DNA of 63,766 nt, the filler included, from Octopus bimaculoides (taxonomy: Eukaryota): NCBI RefSeq assembly GCF_001194135.2. It is 7 parts of 7 records of this genome, joined end to end, with 100 filler letters (N's around TTAATTAATTAA, not from the genome) between each part and the next. Parts side by side here need not be neighbours in the genome. Positions count along the whole stretch, not along the records: positions 45,846 to 57,449 come from NC_068981.1; positions 57,550 to 62,592 come from NC_068983.1; 5 more parts are not named here. One strand, 5' to 3'. Below the pieces are notes generated by a model. That model was not told the origin of the DNA and did no database searches. It saw only the letters and a list, made by a program, of their open reading frames with translations. Positions 50,664 through 62,566 of this stretch are shown here, piece by piece (within the stretch, counting starts at the first letter, position 1; each line of letters begins with the position of its first letter). The position numbers and the translations under genes are program-made.

Positions 50664-52440
50664 TGCGTGCATGCATGCGTGCGTTCGTATATGTACGTAC
50701 GTATGGATGAATAAGTCAAGACGATATTCTACATCTGTTGATATATTTTTCTCAACGTTTTCGTTTTCACTTCCATCTCCGCGGTATTTGGTTCATATTT
50801 CAGACAGATGTGTTCTAGTTTATAGATTCTTCCCCATCATTTAGATTCACTTGCAATGGCTGATGAATTATTTCGTGTTGCCATTCATTACCTCATTGTT
50901 TAATGCATTTATAAACGATAGCAATCGTAACAACCAGTCATGGCTGACTTCGTTTACATTCTTGTCTTCAATGGTTACAATTAACTTAAAAGATAATTAA
51001 CCTTCTATTTTGTTTAAATACTGTTTAGGTTATCTTGTCTCTCCTTGGACGCTATATTTAGCATTCTTTTTCATCTAAGAAGCAAATTGGTAACTGTGAC
51101 GTCATAAAATAATTTTCCAAAACACTGACGTTATAATAAGATGAATTATCTAATGTATAGAAAAGAACTGATGTTATCACGCTATTTCTAGATAGTACGT
51201 CATGTAGGCTGGATTTGACATATATTGTTACACAAAAGAAAGTGAAGAACATACCAGAATTTAATAATGATGCAATAGGGACATAACGTATGCTGAACTA
51301 TGAAAGAAATTAATTTATTTGTTTGTTCCAAAAGGAGGAACAGAATTATTTTAAGTGTTAGATCATGTTTTATCTAATAAGAGACCCCAAAGGCCATTAG
51401 AGACTTATCTATGTTCAAAGGATTTCGTATCTTCATATCTATCTGGTATAGTCCTATTTGAATGCACTTTTGCAATTAGTGTTGTTGTAGTATCGATTTA
51501 ATCTGAAATTATATTCTACCTTTTACTGTTATGTAGGGCATTGATTTAGGCTCTCGTTTCAGACACAATTAATGTATCATTAAAATTCCTTAGTGAGCAA
51601 CTCTGTTCTTCAAAGAATTTCTTTGAAATTGAAGGTGAGTTCATGTTACTTTTAAAAAAAAAAACATCCGATTTTCAATTTGTCATCTAAGCTGACTAAC
51701 CACGAACGTTTTCATGAAAATATATCATAGCTCTTTAGAGAAAATTATATTTCTCGGAACTAATGTTTCAATCTCAAAATCGTTGTCCGACAGAACAATC
51801 ATTAATACAAAATTTAAATTACAGTTCCTCTTTTGCTAAAGACACAATTTTATCTGATACAATAAAATCTTTATTAAAATAGCACATTTTAATAAAGATT
51901 CTGTAACTCAACGATTCCTAATCTGTGTATCGCGATATAATTCTGGAAGGGTTACTAGGACAAAATCTGTACCTTTGAAATATTTGATAAAATGTAAAGT
52001 AATTATGAATATCTTACATAATAAACCACAAGCATAAGGACGACAGAACAATATTTAGTGCAAACAAAATCTGAGGAGTATTTTCTCAAGAGTATGAAAT
52101 GTTGATGCATTAACTTTTGTAGGTTTATATTTTTATGAGTTGTAGAGTATTATCGATATACTGAAACGAACTGTTATAGTAAAAGTTTGGGATGTATTAA
52201 TTTAACGAATAATATATCCTGTGAAAAGTGGGAGTTCACTCTGCTTTAACAATCAATAAATAAGAAAAGAAAAAACAAAGAAATATCCATCATGAACTTC
52301 TCTTTCACCTTCTAAAATTCATTTAAAAATCCATGTCCCACAATTCTTAGTGTGGGTTCATATTTAAGAATTCAAACAGATTTTTCCTGGTTTATTTGTC
52401 ATTATATTTTACTTAAACATATCCAGACTTTAACTCGCAA

Positions 52441-53379
52441 TACGAGGTGGTATCAAAAGGTTCCGAGACTAGTTATATTTAATCAAAAATAACCTATTTA
52501 CCTAAGTTTTAACATCATCTTCGAAATAATAACCCTACGCTGCAATATACCGGTCCCAGCGTTCCTGCCACTTTTGGAATCCGGCCTGAAAGTCGTTTTC
52601 CGTAAGCGGGTCGAAGACCTTCTGCGATTCGCTCTGGATCTTGACAACGTGATTAAAACGGTGACCTTTGAGCTGCATTTTCATCTCGGGGAAGGGATGG
52701 AAGTCCGCAGCTGCTAAATCTGGCGAATAGGGCGGGTACGGAAGCGATACCATGTGGTTTTTGACGAGAAACTCACAAGTGAGGGGAGCTCGGTGACAGG
52801 GTGCATTGTCGTCGTAAAGAATCCAATTCTTCGCGCTCCACAGATCCAGTCGCTTTCGCCGAGTGTCCTCTCTCAGACGCTTCAAAACGTTGCAGTAGAA
52901 CTTTCGATTGACTGTCGTCCCCTGGGGGACGAATTCTCGATGAATAATATCATATTTCCGGAGTTGACGCTCACGGTAGGTCTTCCAGATTTCTCATCGT
53001 CTTCCAGATTTCTCATCGTCTTCCAGATTTCTCATCGTCTTCCAGAGACATTCTTCCGTTTTTGAAGCGTCCACGCCTCTCGAATCAGTGCGTACGACCC
53101 ATTGCCTCGTCGCCATAAGCTTGCCCAAGTATACTCAGTGTCTCTGTAGCAGACTTCCCAAGTTTAACGCAAATTTTCTTTGTTCCTGTCCATGACTAAA
53201 CGACATACACGTAATCACAAAAACACAAATTTCACAACGTTTGAAGTGAACACAGCGATGTCATTCGGCACACTGCTTCACAAAGGTCACTGCTAGCTCT
53301 CACTGCGCACTTAATCGCGTGCTGCCATCTGGTGACGCGCTACAGAACTAGTCCGGAAACTTCTTGATACGACCTCGTA
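52441..53379 (-). mobile_element. Internally deleted mariner transposon with both TIRs and TA target-site duplication
   Basis: Left end TA-CGAGGTGGTATCAAAAGGTTCCGAGACTAGTT; right end (reverse complement) TA-CGAGGTCGTATCAAGAAGTTTCCGGACTAGTT. Transposase remnants DDNAPCH, PYPPYSPDLAAADF and FQKWQERW (52535-52885 -). Confidence 0.93.
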
Positions 53380-53821
53380 CATGTCAAATAGAATGTCAAA
53401 GGAAATGAAAAAAGTCTTAGTAAAAAAAAAAAAACACTCTCTAGCTCTTTCACAATAATGCTAATCAATTCATACAAAATGTTCCAAGAGCATTAAAAAG
53501 CTGTGTCACTAGAACAGCTGTTTTACAAGAATAAATTGTACTAAAATCAATAGAACTCAATGTATATCGTACAAAGCAAGTTTCTTTTAACGTTCTTAGG
53601 CTGAATAAATTCTCATCAGATTGAATTTAGCTCACTTGTGCCTATTGAGTTGATTGTTGTTTCTTTGTTATATAGTTAAAATGCAAAGTTGATTTCCAAC
53701 AAGATTTGATACAGATCAAATAGAAATATGACTCCTGTTTTGGTAGCTGGTACTGCACTTTCATCGCAGGATCAACGCAAGGAATTCCCCGGTGCACGTT
53801 TAGTATATTATAAATAATTTG

Positions 53822-54100
53822 TACGGAAAACAGAGTGTACTGAAAGTTTATTAAGCACAACGATCGTTTCGGCTTACATCTGCACTGCTCCCTAGTGGGT
53901 GGGAAACGATATAATGGAATATTAGGGAAATGTGCATCTTATAAAACTGAAGCTTATTATGTAACTTAAGGAAGTTCTTCTGCATTATGAGGTACATTCC
54001 ATTCTATTATATTGTTTTCCACCCACTAGGGAGTAGTGCAGAAGTAAGCTGAAACGATCGTTGTGCTTAATAAAGCTTCCAGTACATTTTGTATTCCGTA
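53822..54100. mobile_element. MITE/foldback element with about 100-bp inverted arms, 80-bp spacer and TA flanks
   Basis: 53822-53920 aligns to the reverse complement of 54001-54100 with 10 substitutions and 1 indel (manual alignment); TA at 53822-53823 and 54099-54100. Confidence 0.85.
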
Positions 54101-54239
54101 TCAATCATTTATAATATACTCACATACACACCGAATACATTACCGAATAACTAAGTTATGGGCACATAACACCGGTTGTCAAGTGGTGGTGGGGGAAAAC
54201 ACATACGCACACACACATATATATATATATACACACACA

Positions 54240-54308
<69 letters not shown>

Positions 54309-54925
54309 GGCGGGCTTCTTTCAGTTTCCGCCTACCAAATCCACGCACAAGGCCTTGGTCGGCCCGAGGATATAATAGAAGACTTTTGCCCGAAGTATCA
54401 CGCAGCGGGACTGAATCCGGAACCATGTAGGTGACAAGCGAGCTACTTACCACACAGCCACGCCTGCACAACACAACGTTCCTTCCCATTCATCAAATAT
54501 ATTAATCATCTTAGTCTTGCCAATTTGGTAGAATTTGCCTCACTGGGAAAAACTAATACTAACGCGTTACATTCGTCGCTTCCAGCAATTGTATTAAAGA
54601 ATCAGAGTTAAAACAGATCTGCTCTGACTGTATTGTTCAAAAATTTCGATTTTACTGGAGTTTTCCGACCTTGTTTAGGAAATACTTAAACGATGGATGT
54701 TTTTCAACTTACTATATTACGCGCGCGCACAATACACGTGTATTTGTGTGTGTGTGTATGTGTGTGTGTACGTAATGTATGTATATAATGTATGTATGTA
54801 TTTATGTATGTACGAGCCATAACAAATAGTTACTTCATGTTTCTTTTAGCCAATTTTTGGACTATTAAGAGCACTCTATTCCTAATATGAACCATTTGTT
54901 TTTCGCTGGTTTATATTAACGTGCA

Positions 54926-54969
<44 letters not shown>

Positions 54970-55885
54970 TCTCTATCTATGTGCACACACACACACATAC
55001 ACACACACTCTCTCTCACACACACATACATATGTATGTATATATGTGTGTATGTATGTGCGTGAGAAAGAGGGAGAGATGGAGAGATAATATACATATTT
55101 TGAGTGTCTTGTCTTATGTGGAGTATGTAAAAAGAATATCTGAAATCGAAAACATCAGAACCAAAACTAGAATTTTTTGTCTGAGATACGTTGGCTGCCA
55201 ATATTCTTATATTGGAAAGAAACCAAGATCTTCATCTTAGACGAGAAAAATATCAAACAAATCTCCTTGATTACTTTTTCTCTTTTTTTATTTATTCCTA
55301 TTAACTATCAAAGAAAATTTGATAGGATATATCACTTTTAGTTAATCATATAAAATTTTCGGGAAATCATTGGAATTATCTCATTATTTATTCGTTTGAA
55401 CGCCGGACAAAATATTTTGGTTCGCAGCTTTGCTTTGTATTCCCTAGGTTGATAAAATAAAGTATCAGTCAAGTACTGGGATTGATGTAATCAACTTAAC
55501 CCCTCACTGCAAGATTGCTAACCTTGTGCTTAAATTAAAAACGATTCATTTCTTTGGATTGACTTTCAGTTTTGCGAAATTTCAGTAGACTCTTATGTAG
55601 CTTAATGATGTTGTACTCCGGTTGCACTGGCAACTAGCAGATCATCCATATATGCATTAACCAAAGGTAATCCGCAAACTTCATTATCGATGAAACGCTA
55701 GAAGCTTGACGAAGTACTGAGTAAACCTTTTGGTAAACCTGAGAAATTAATATACACGCGCTACTTTTATATATGGATTTGGAGAATTATTAGCACGTCG
55801 GAAAAATGGATGTGTGGAACGTTAGACATGGCGCCTTGGGCAAGTGTCTTCTACTATAGCCTTCAGGAAACTGAGAAAAAGCCCG

Positions 55886-55926
<41 letters not shown>

Positions 55927-56043
55927 ATACTGTTCTGTGGTGGTAAGATCAACAAAAAAGTATTTCATATGTGTGAGGTATTTTCTCAACATATGAAACT
56001 ATTAGTAGCATAAAACCTTGTGTCTATTAACTAATGTATGTGT

Positions 56044-56086
<43 letters not shown>

Positions 56087-57261
56087 CGTGCGTGCATGCG
56101 TGTGTGCGTACGTGTGTCTGTGCTTTCCCCCAACCAGTGTTGGTGTGTTCACGTCCCCGTAATTACCAGGCTTAAAAAAAAATAGGTACTGGGCCGCAAT
56201 CAAATGACTGAAACAAGTAAAAAATAAAAGATAAAAGATTCTAAAGATTAACTCAGCCTATCGTACTACCCTCGCACTTCATGAAAGGAATCCAGTCTAT
56301 TTCTCTCACCAATATTTCTAAAGGTGTTTCTAAAGGTATCTCAAGGGCTCATCTCAACGACTTTAGTACATCCCTGTATCTTCCTCATCACAGGAAAGCT
56401 ATCTGATTGTACTTTTTGCCCTTAGAAAGAAATAAGCTACCCACTGGATACTAGTTTAAGAAATTCTAGTCACTGACGTTACACTGCAGTGGCCTAACCG
56501 GATCGTAGTTTCGAACAAAGAAAACTTTGACAACCTATAATAATAAATGCCAAACGAATTTCTGTGTGTCTGTGTCACACTTTGACACCCACTCTCTCAT
56601 TATTCAATGACACTTCTTCTACTCCTCTTGCTGGGGTGAGAGTAATAGTAGGCATAGTAGTAGATTGACAGTTGAGATAGATGGTAATGAGATTGTCAGT
56701 TGAGATGGTAATGAGATAGTATGAGCTGTAGTTGTGATAGAGGCAGAGGCGATGGTGATGATGGTGGTGGTAGCTGAGGTGGTCAAGCACGACGGTGATA
56801 GTAAGGGATGTGAAAGACGGTGGTGATGGTGGTGATGGCTTTAAAGCTAGTAAACAATAAATACTTGTCAATTGTAAACATCCACACTAATAACAACAGG
56901 TCAGGAAAATTACAGTGCGCAAAACACCTTATCGCATTGGCCAGTTAGAAATCTCGAAACAAAATAAAACGCTGAAATTAGTATATTCTTTTAGAAAGCT
57001 CCTAAAAAAGAGCGTTGCGATTATTTTTACCTTTGTGCGTATCACTAAACTCTTCCTTATGGCAAGCCAACAATATTATTTTTCATGTTTTAATCATTGG
57101 ACAGCAGTCATGCAGAGAGAGAGACACTGCCCTGAAAAGTTTAGTAGGACAAATAGACTCCATTACTTATATTTTTAAAAGTCTGGTAGTTATTCTGTAG
57201 GTTTTTTTGCCAAACTGCTAAGTCACTGGAATATGAACAAACCAACACAAATATACAGACA

Positions 57262-57302
<41 letters not shown>

Positions 57303-57549
57303 CATCTATCTATCTCTTTGTCTGTCTGCCTGCCTGCCTGCCTGCCTGCTTGTGTGTCTCTGCATGTATATTTGTATGTATACACATACACGCACACATA
57401 ACACACACACGCACACATAACACACCCGCGCACACACACACATACACACNNNNNNNNNNNNNNNNNNNNNNNNNNNNNNNNNNNNNNNNNNNNTTAATTA
57501 ATTAANNNNNNNNNNNNNNNNNNNNNNNNNNNNNNNNNNNNNNNNNNNN

Positions 57550-57917
57550 ATTTTCTTATGGTTTCTTAAACATTCACTTGAACAAAACTGTACAAATCCA
57601 AATATATGGTACCCTAGGCATAACACCTACATGAACTTCTAACTTGTTGTTTCTTGAGGTCTCTGGGTGAGACTTGGATCCAACTTGTACAAATGCAAAA
57701 CAAAAGTCAAACATAAAATAATAATAATAATAGGTGCCCTGGGAATGACAGCGAAACGGGCCGATTACTACCTAACTCAGATACCAGGAAACCCCTAAAT
57801 GGCTGAAGTTCAAAAGATAGTGCTCATGGGAACTGCCCATATCCTACGTAAAATACTGTCTATGTGATCTCAAATTTTAAGACAAACACATAATTTTCTT
57901 ATGGTTTCTTAAACATT
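57550..57917 (+). mobile_element. Two head-to-tail 3' ends of an R4/Dong-like LINE family joined at (TAA)n
   Basis: Copy A is a 3'UTR ending in (ATA)n at about 57731. Copy B (57732-57917) encodes GALGMTAKRADYYLTQIPGNP*MAEVQKIVLMGTAHILRKILSM* and repeats the UTR start ttttcttatggtttcttaaacatt. Confidence 0.8.
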
Positions 57918-58199
57918 AGGACACAAAGCTTGAAATTTGTGGGATAGGAGTAAGTCGATTACATCGACCCCTTTGCTCAACTGGTAATTATTACGTTGAC
58001 TCAGATCTGGACAGATGCTAGTCGCATCGGCTCGCAAGTAAGTTGGCCTTTTANNNNNNNNNNNNNNNNNNNNNNNNNNNNNNNNNNNNNNNNNNNNNNN
58101 NNNNNNNNNNNNNNNNNNNNNNNNNNNNNNNNNNNNNNNNNNNNNNNNNNNNNTCCATTTTCTGTATTTAGCCCTGTGTGGCTATAATAAAAAGATATC

Positions 58200-58930
58200 T
58201 ACCGGCCGGGACCTATGTACAACTGGCAGTGCTATCGAGAAGCGCAACTCGTTCGAGATAAGCTCTACAGGTATGTAGAAACACGGGCCGACCTGCCCGA
58301 GATGCGGTCAGAGCTACGAAACCATTCTGCACGCACTCATACAGTGACCAACCATGTCCGACCTGTGGGCCTATGTCAAACGACTGCTAGCGCGTGTGGG
58401 ACGAGTCAATTTGTCAACCGAGTCTATCGTGAATATTGTCGCGCCCCCTTCCTTGAAACGGGAAGGAAGAGCTATTTTCATCGTACTTGTGGCTATGGCG
58501 AAAGAATGTGTATGGTGGACGCGTCTGAAAGGTCTAGAGACAAACACTTTCCTCTCTGGTGAATCTGTTATCAACTTCTTCAAGTGTCACTTCAAGAGAG
58601 AAGTTTTGTCTAGTGAATGTTTCAAAAAAAGATGGGTGAATGGAGCAAGGATGGCCCGTGTGATTGACGAAGCCAGCTTCAGCATAATCCTATGAGCCAA
58701 AAATAAAAAAAAAAAGAAAGGAAAAAAGAGAGTCATTACTGTAATGCCGTTGTTTGCATGTCATTCTTGGCCGAGGTTACCGTGGGCTTTTCTGTAGGCT
58801 TTTCTTTCCACGGATAAACCTAATCTGTTTTCCCTTTTACACTATGACATTTCTGTGATACACGATCCCTACTGATCGGGTTTTTTTTAACGATCCCTTT
58901 TGATCGAATTTCTACCACCCATTCCTTTGT
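58200..58930 (+). mobile_element. 3' end of a Tx1/L1-clade LINE
   Basis: WQCYREAQLVRDKL..TCPRCGQSYETILHALIQ* (CCHC knuckle with the last Cys mutated to a stop), then SDLWAYVKRLL..VAMAKECVWWTRLK..FKKRW..IIL*. Confidence 0.8.
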
Positions 58931-59006
58931 TTTCTTTTCCTTCTCTTCCCATAAAGAAAAGCTCTACTTTGTTTTTTGTCCCCTCTGTGTGGCCAATAAA
59001 GAAACA

Positions 59007-59059
<53 letters not shown>

Positions 59060-59199
59060 GTCTGTCTGTCTGTCTGTATGTATGTCTGTCTATCTCTCTG
59101 TATATATGTTTGTATGTGTGTATAAATATGCGGCGAGACAGGGATGCAACAATCTCGATGATAAAGGCAAGATGGATTGGCATTTGCGTCGATAATGGC

Positions 59200-59580
59200 T
59201 GTGCTTAAGCAAAGCTGGGCAGACTCTCTTCATTTGCATCGTCCTATCTGTAACTTCTACGCAAATGTGGTCCATCAGCTCGACGCAAAGGGCCATGCAA
59301 AGATTCATGCTAAGAATATCATTATGAGAGTATAACCGGAATGAGGTCATTCGAAAACGGAGCAGAGTGAACGATGTGATCGCAGAATACCGAAAGTAGA
59401 AGTTCCTCTGTGCCGGACATATCGCAAGGTTGACACAATAACAGGTGGAGTTCCGTGGATGTATAGCCACTTAAGTATAATCCCAGGGAAATCCAGGCAG
59501 TGTTTAGAGTGATGCATTGAAATTGAAGGAGAAGGGTAAGTAGTTAGCGTGTGAGAGAAATGGTCCGGGCGGGTATATAA
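59200..59580 (+). mobile_element. RTE-clade LINE C-terminal fragment
   Basis: ..STQRAMQRFMLRISL*EYNRNEVIRKRSRVNDVIAEYRK..CAGHIARLT..NRW. Confidence 0.7.
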
Positions 59581-59811
59581 TGTACGGACTATTTTTCTCA
59601 CAGGCTAACTACCTGATCTATGCCTTCAATCTGAAAGCAACATTCAAAATACTATCCGGATTTACTTGGGTTTAGATTTAAGGGTCTATATCTACATAGA
59701 ACCCCACTCCCTCTAAAACAAGATGAACTGTGAACTTTATTCCATTCTTTTACAGTTTAGAAAATCAGCAAATGGTTTCAAAGGAAATTGAGTTTTACCC
59801 TAGCTGTTAAG

Positions 59812-59867
59812 AGCCGCTGATGAGAATTAAGGTCGTCTGCACCAAAATTCGAAATCACGATACGGCT
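59812..59867 (+). ncRNA. Type I hammerhead ribozyme candidate with intact core
   Basis: AGCCG-CTGATGA-GAATT-aaggtcgtctgcaccaa-AATTC-GAAA-tcacga-TA-CGGCT. Stems I and II are perfect 5 bp; stem III is A-U, U-A, C-G; the triplet is AUA. Confidence 0.8.
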
Positions 59868-60350
59868 ATATGCGCTAAGGACTTACCTCCCTTTGTCAAT
59901 AATTAACTATAGCGTTTTAGTGGCTTTGGTGTTTATTTTCGTATAAGCAGTGCTGGTCAGCACCCTCCGTCACTTTTCTGACCTCTATTAATTTTGCCTA
60001 TGTATGTATGTATGTATGTATGTATGTATGATTGCATGTACGTATGTACGTGTGTGTGTGTGTGTGCGTGTGTGTGTACACAGACAATTAGAAAGAGAAT
60101 TCGCTCATATAGTCCGTTCAATGAAGTTGTTGTGCAATCATCCAATGAACCCATCAACAAAAAGACCCTTAATCCGTCTCTTACTGGAAAAGTGGTAAGA
60201 AGCTTGCCTCCCACCACATGGTTCCGTGTTCAGTCCCACAGCGTGACACCTTGCGCAGGTGCCATCTACTATAGTCTCGGGACGACTAAAGCGTTGTAAG
60301 CGGATTTGTTAGACAGAAACTGAAAGAAGCCCGTCGTATACACACACACA

Positions 60351-60395
<45 letters not shown>

Positions 60396-62289
60396 GTATG
60401 TATGCATGTACGTATGTATTTGTGCGTCTGTGTTTGTTCCCCCACCATTGCTTGACAACCGATGTTGGTATGTTTACGTCCCGTGACTTAGCGTTCCCTT
60501 AACCGATAGAATGAGTACTAGGCTTACAAAGAATAAGTCCTGGGGTCGATTTGTTCGATAAAAGGCGGTGCTCCAGCATGGCCGCAATGAAATGACTGAA
60601 ACAATTGAAAGAATAAAAGAACAAAAAAGAACATCAACTCGGTTACACACCCTAGATATATTCAACGGGTATTTTGCCCTGGATATGTTGTCAACTTGTA
60701 GAGTAGTTTTCTTGAACTCTACCCTAACCCTAACCCTAACCACCACCACCACCACCGCCGCCACCGCCACTATTACCCCCGGCCAACACTGCCACTGCTG
60801 TGTCTACGAACGTCATCCCCGTCACTACCTCCACCATTAGCGCCACCAGCACGAGAGAGAGAGAGAGCAAGAGGGGGAGGGAGCCAGAGAGTACGAGAGA
60901 AAGGGAGGAGGAAAGAGGAAGAAAGTGGGAAAAGAGTGAGAGAGAGAGAGAAAAAGAAAAAAAAGAAACGTTAACAGTTCAATTTGAAGCGTGAAAAAAG
61001 CAATGGCAACGGGTGAAACACCAGCAGATATCAATAAGAAGATCGATTGACAATGAAATCTATCAGGGTATACATAGCTATTACATTCTTAATACACACA
61101 CACACACACACACACACATGGAGGCAAACATACGCATACACGCATGCGCACATATTGATTGAGATAATCAGACAATCAATAAACAACCCAGATATAAAAA
61201 GCCGTAAGATGTTGCGATACTCGGGTTTACTTTCAGGTCACAATACTCTCAATAAACTCCCAATGAAACCCTCTCAATGAAATACCACTTAGACTGTAGC
61301 AATGTGTTCAAGTCACACTGAACTCCTAACATCATGTATCTCCACTCTGTCTCTCTCTCTGTCTCTCTGTCTACCTCTCTTTTTATTTTACTTCTTGTTC
61401 TGACAACATATATGTGATGACGAATCACCGTATTATGAGTTGTTTCACTTTGAAGCAGCAAAACCGTCCCGATGTCGGATCTCGAAACCCTTACTTTGCG
61501 GTGAACGCCTTTTAATTTCAGTTCAGTGAAGCGGGCGACAAAGCATGTGTCTAGATTAAGGAATAAGTGGTAATATTTGGAAGTGGCGTACGCGCCGACA
61601 GAAAAAGATGTTCAGCACCTTCCCTGTTGCATCGATATGCATCCATACATCTAAACAGGCATGCATCTACTCATCTTTATTCCGTACACAATCCTGCATA
61701 AACACATACACGAGTGTCTTTGCGTCTGGTCATCAGTGAGCAACATACGTGTTTGTATGCGTAGATCTAGATAACTACATAATTGGCACTCCGTCGATTG
61801 CGACGACGACGAGGTTCCCAGCTGATCCGATCAACGGAACAACCTGCTCGTGAAATTAACGTGCAAGTGGCTGAGCACTCCATAGACACGTGCACCCTTA
61901 ACGTAGTTCTCAGGGAGATTTAGCGTGACACAGAGTGTGACAGGGCTGGCCCTTTGTAATACAGGTACAACTCATTTTGTCAGCTGAGTGGACTGGAGCA
62001 ACGTGAAATAAAGTGTCTTGCTCAAGACTGCTGGGAAATGGTCAGTGCTATGGTGTGTGTGGCGTGGTGTGGAGTGGTATGATGTGGTGTGGTGGTGTGT
62101 CGTGTGGTGTTGGGGAAAGGGTGTGGGGTGGAAATGTGGGTATGAGGTGGTATTGTGGGTGTGAGGTTAGGAGTGCGATGTTGGGGTGGAGTGTGGCTGG
62201 TAGGAGTATTAATGAGGAGAGAAGGTTGGTAGGAGTGAAGAGAGGAAGTAGGTGTCAGAGGAAGAGAGGAGAGGAAGGGAATCAGATGA

Positions 62290-62566
62290 AGAGAGGAGGG
62301 GAGTAGAGCCCATTGGAACAAAGAAGCGAAGAGAGAAGATTGATTCCTGTTCACAGCGAAGGCGGTAGCCCGGATAGTCCCTCTGCAAAGACAATCCGAA
62401 TACAGCAGGTGTTGTAGTGAATGACCGGTAGAGCGGGAATGGCACGAGACTGGGGTGCTATTTCCGAGTTTGATAATCTCGGAGGTGTTCCGCGAACCAG
62501 TCAGCCAAGCGGCGTCCAGTTTGACCGACGTACAGAGAAAAGGACAAAGAGCAGGGGATGCAGTAT
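62290..62566 (-). mobile_element. Neptune-type Penelope-like GIY-YIG fragment, followed by CT- and CA-rich 3' arrays (about 62030-62290)
   Basis: CIPCSLSFSLYVGQTGRRLADWFAEHLRD..VFGLSLQRD..RLRCEQESIFSLRFFVPMG. Confidence 0.82.

Noticed and set aside
50855-50885. AATGG-CTGATGA...CCATT
   Set aside because: No GAAA half-core or stem II/III.
52066-52110. CTGAGGA-stem-GAAA hammerhead-like motif
   Set aside because: Stem II relies on wobbles in AT-rich DNA, G occupies the cleavage position, and stem I is only 2 bp.
60722-60739. (CCCTAA)3 telomere-like run; (TTAGGG)2 at 35130-35141
   Set aside because: Too short to distinguish from ordinary microsatellite in this repeat-rich genome.
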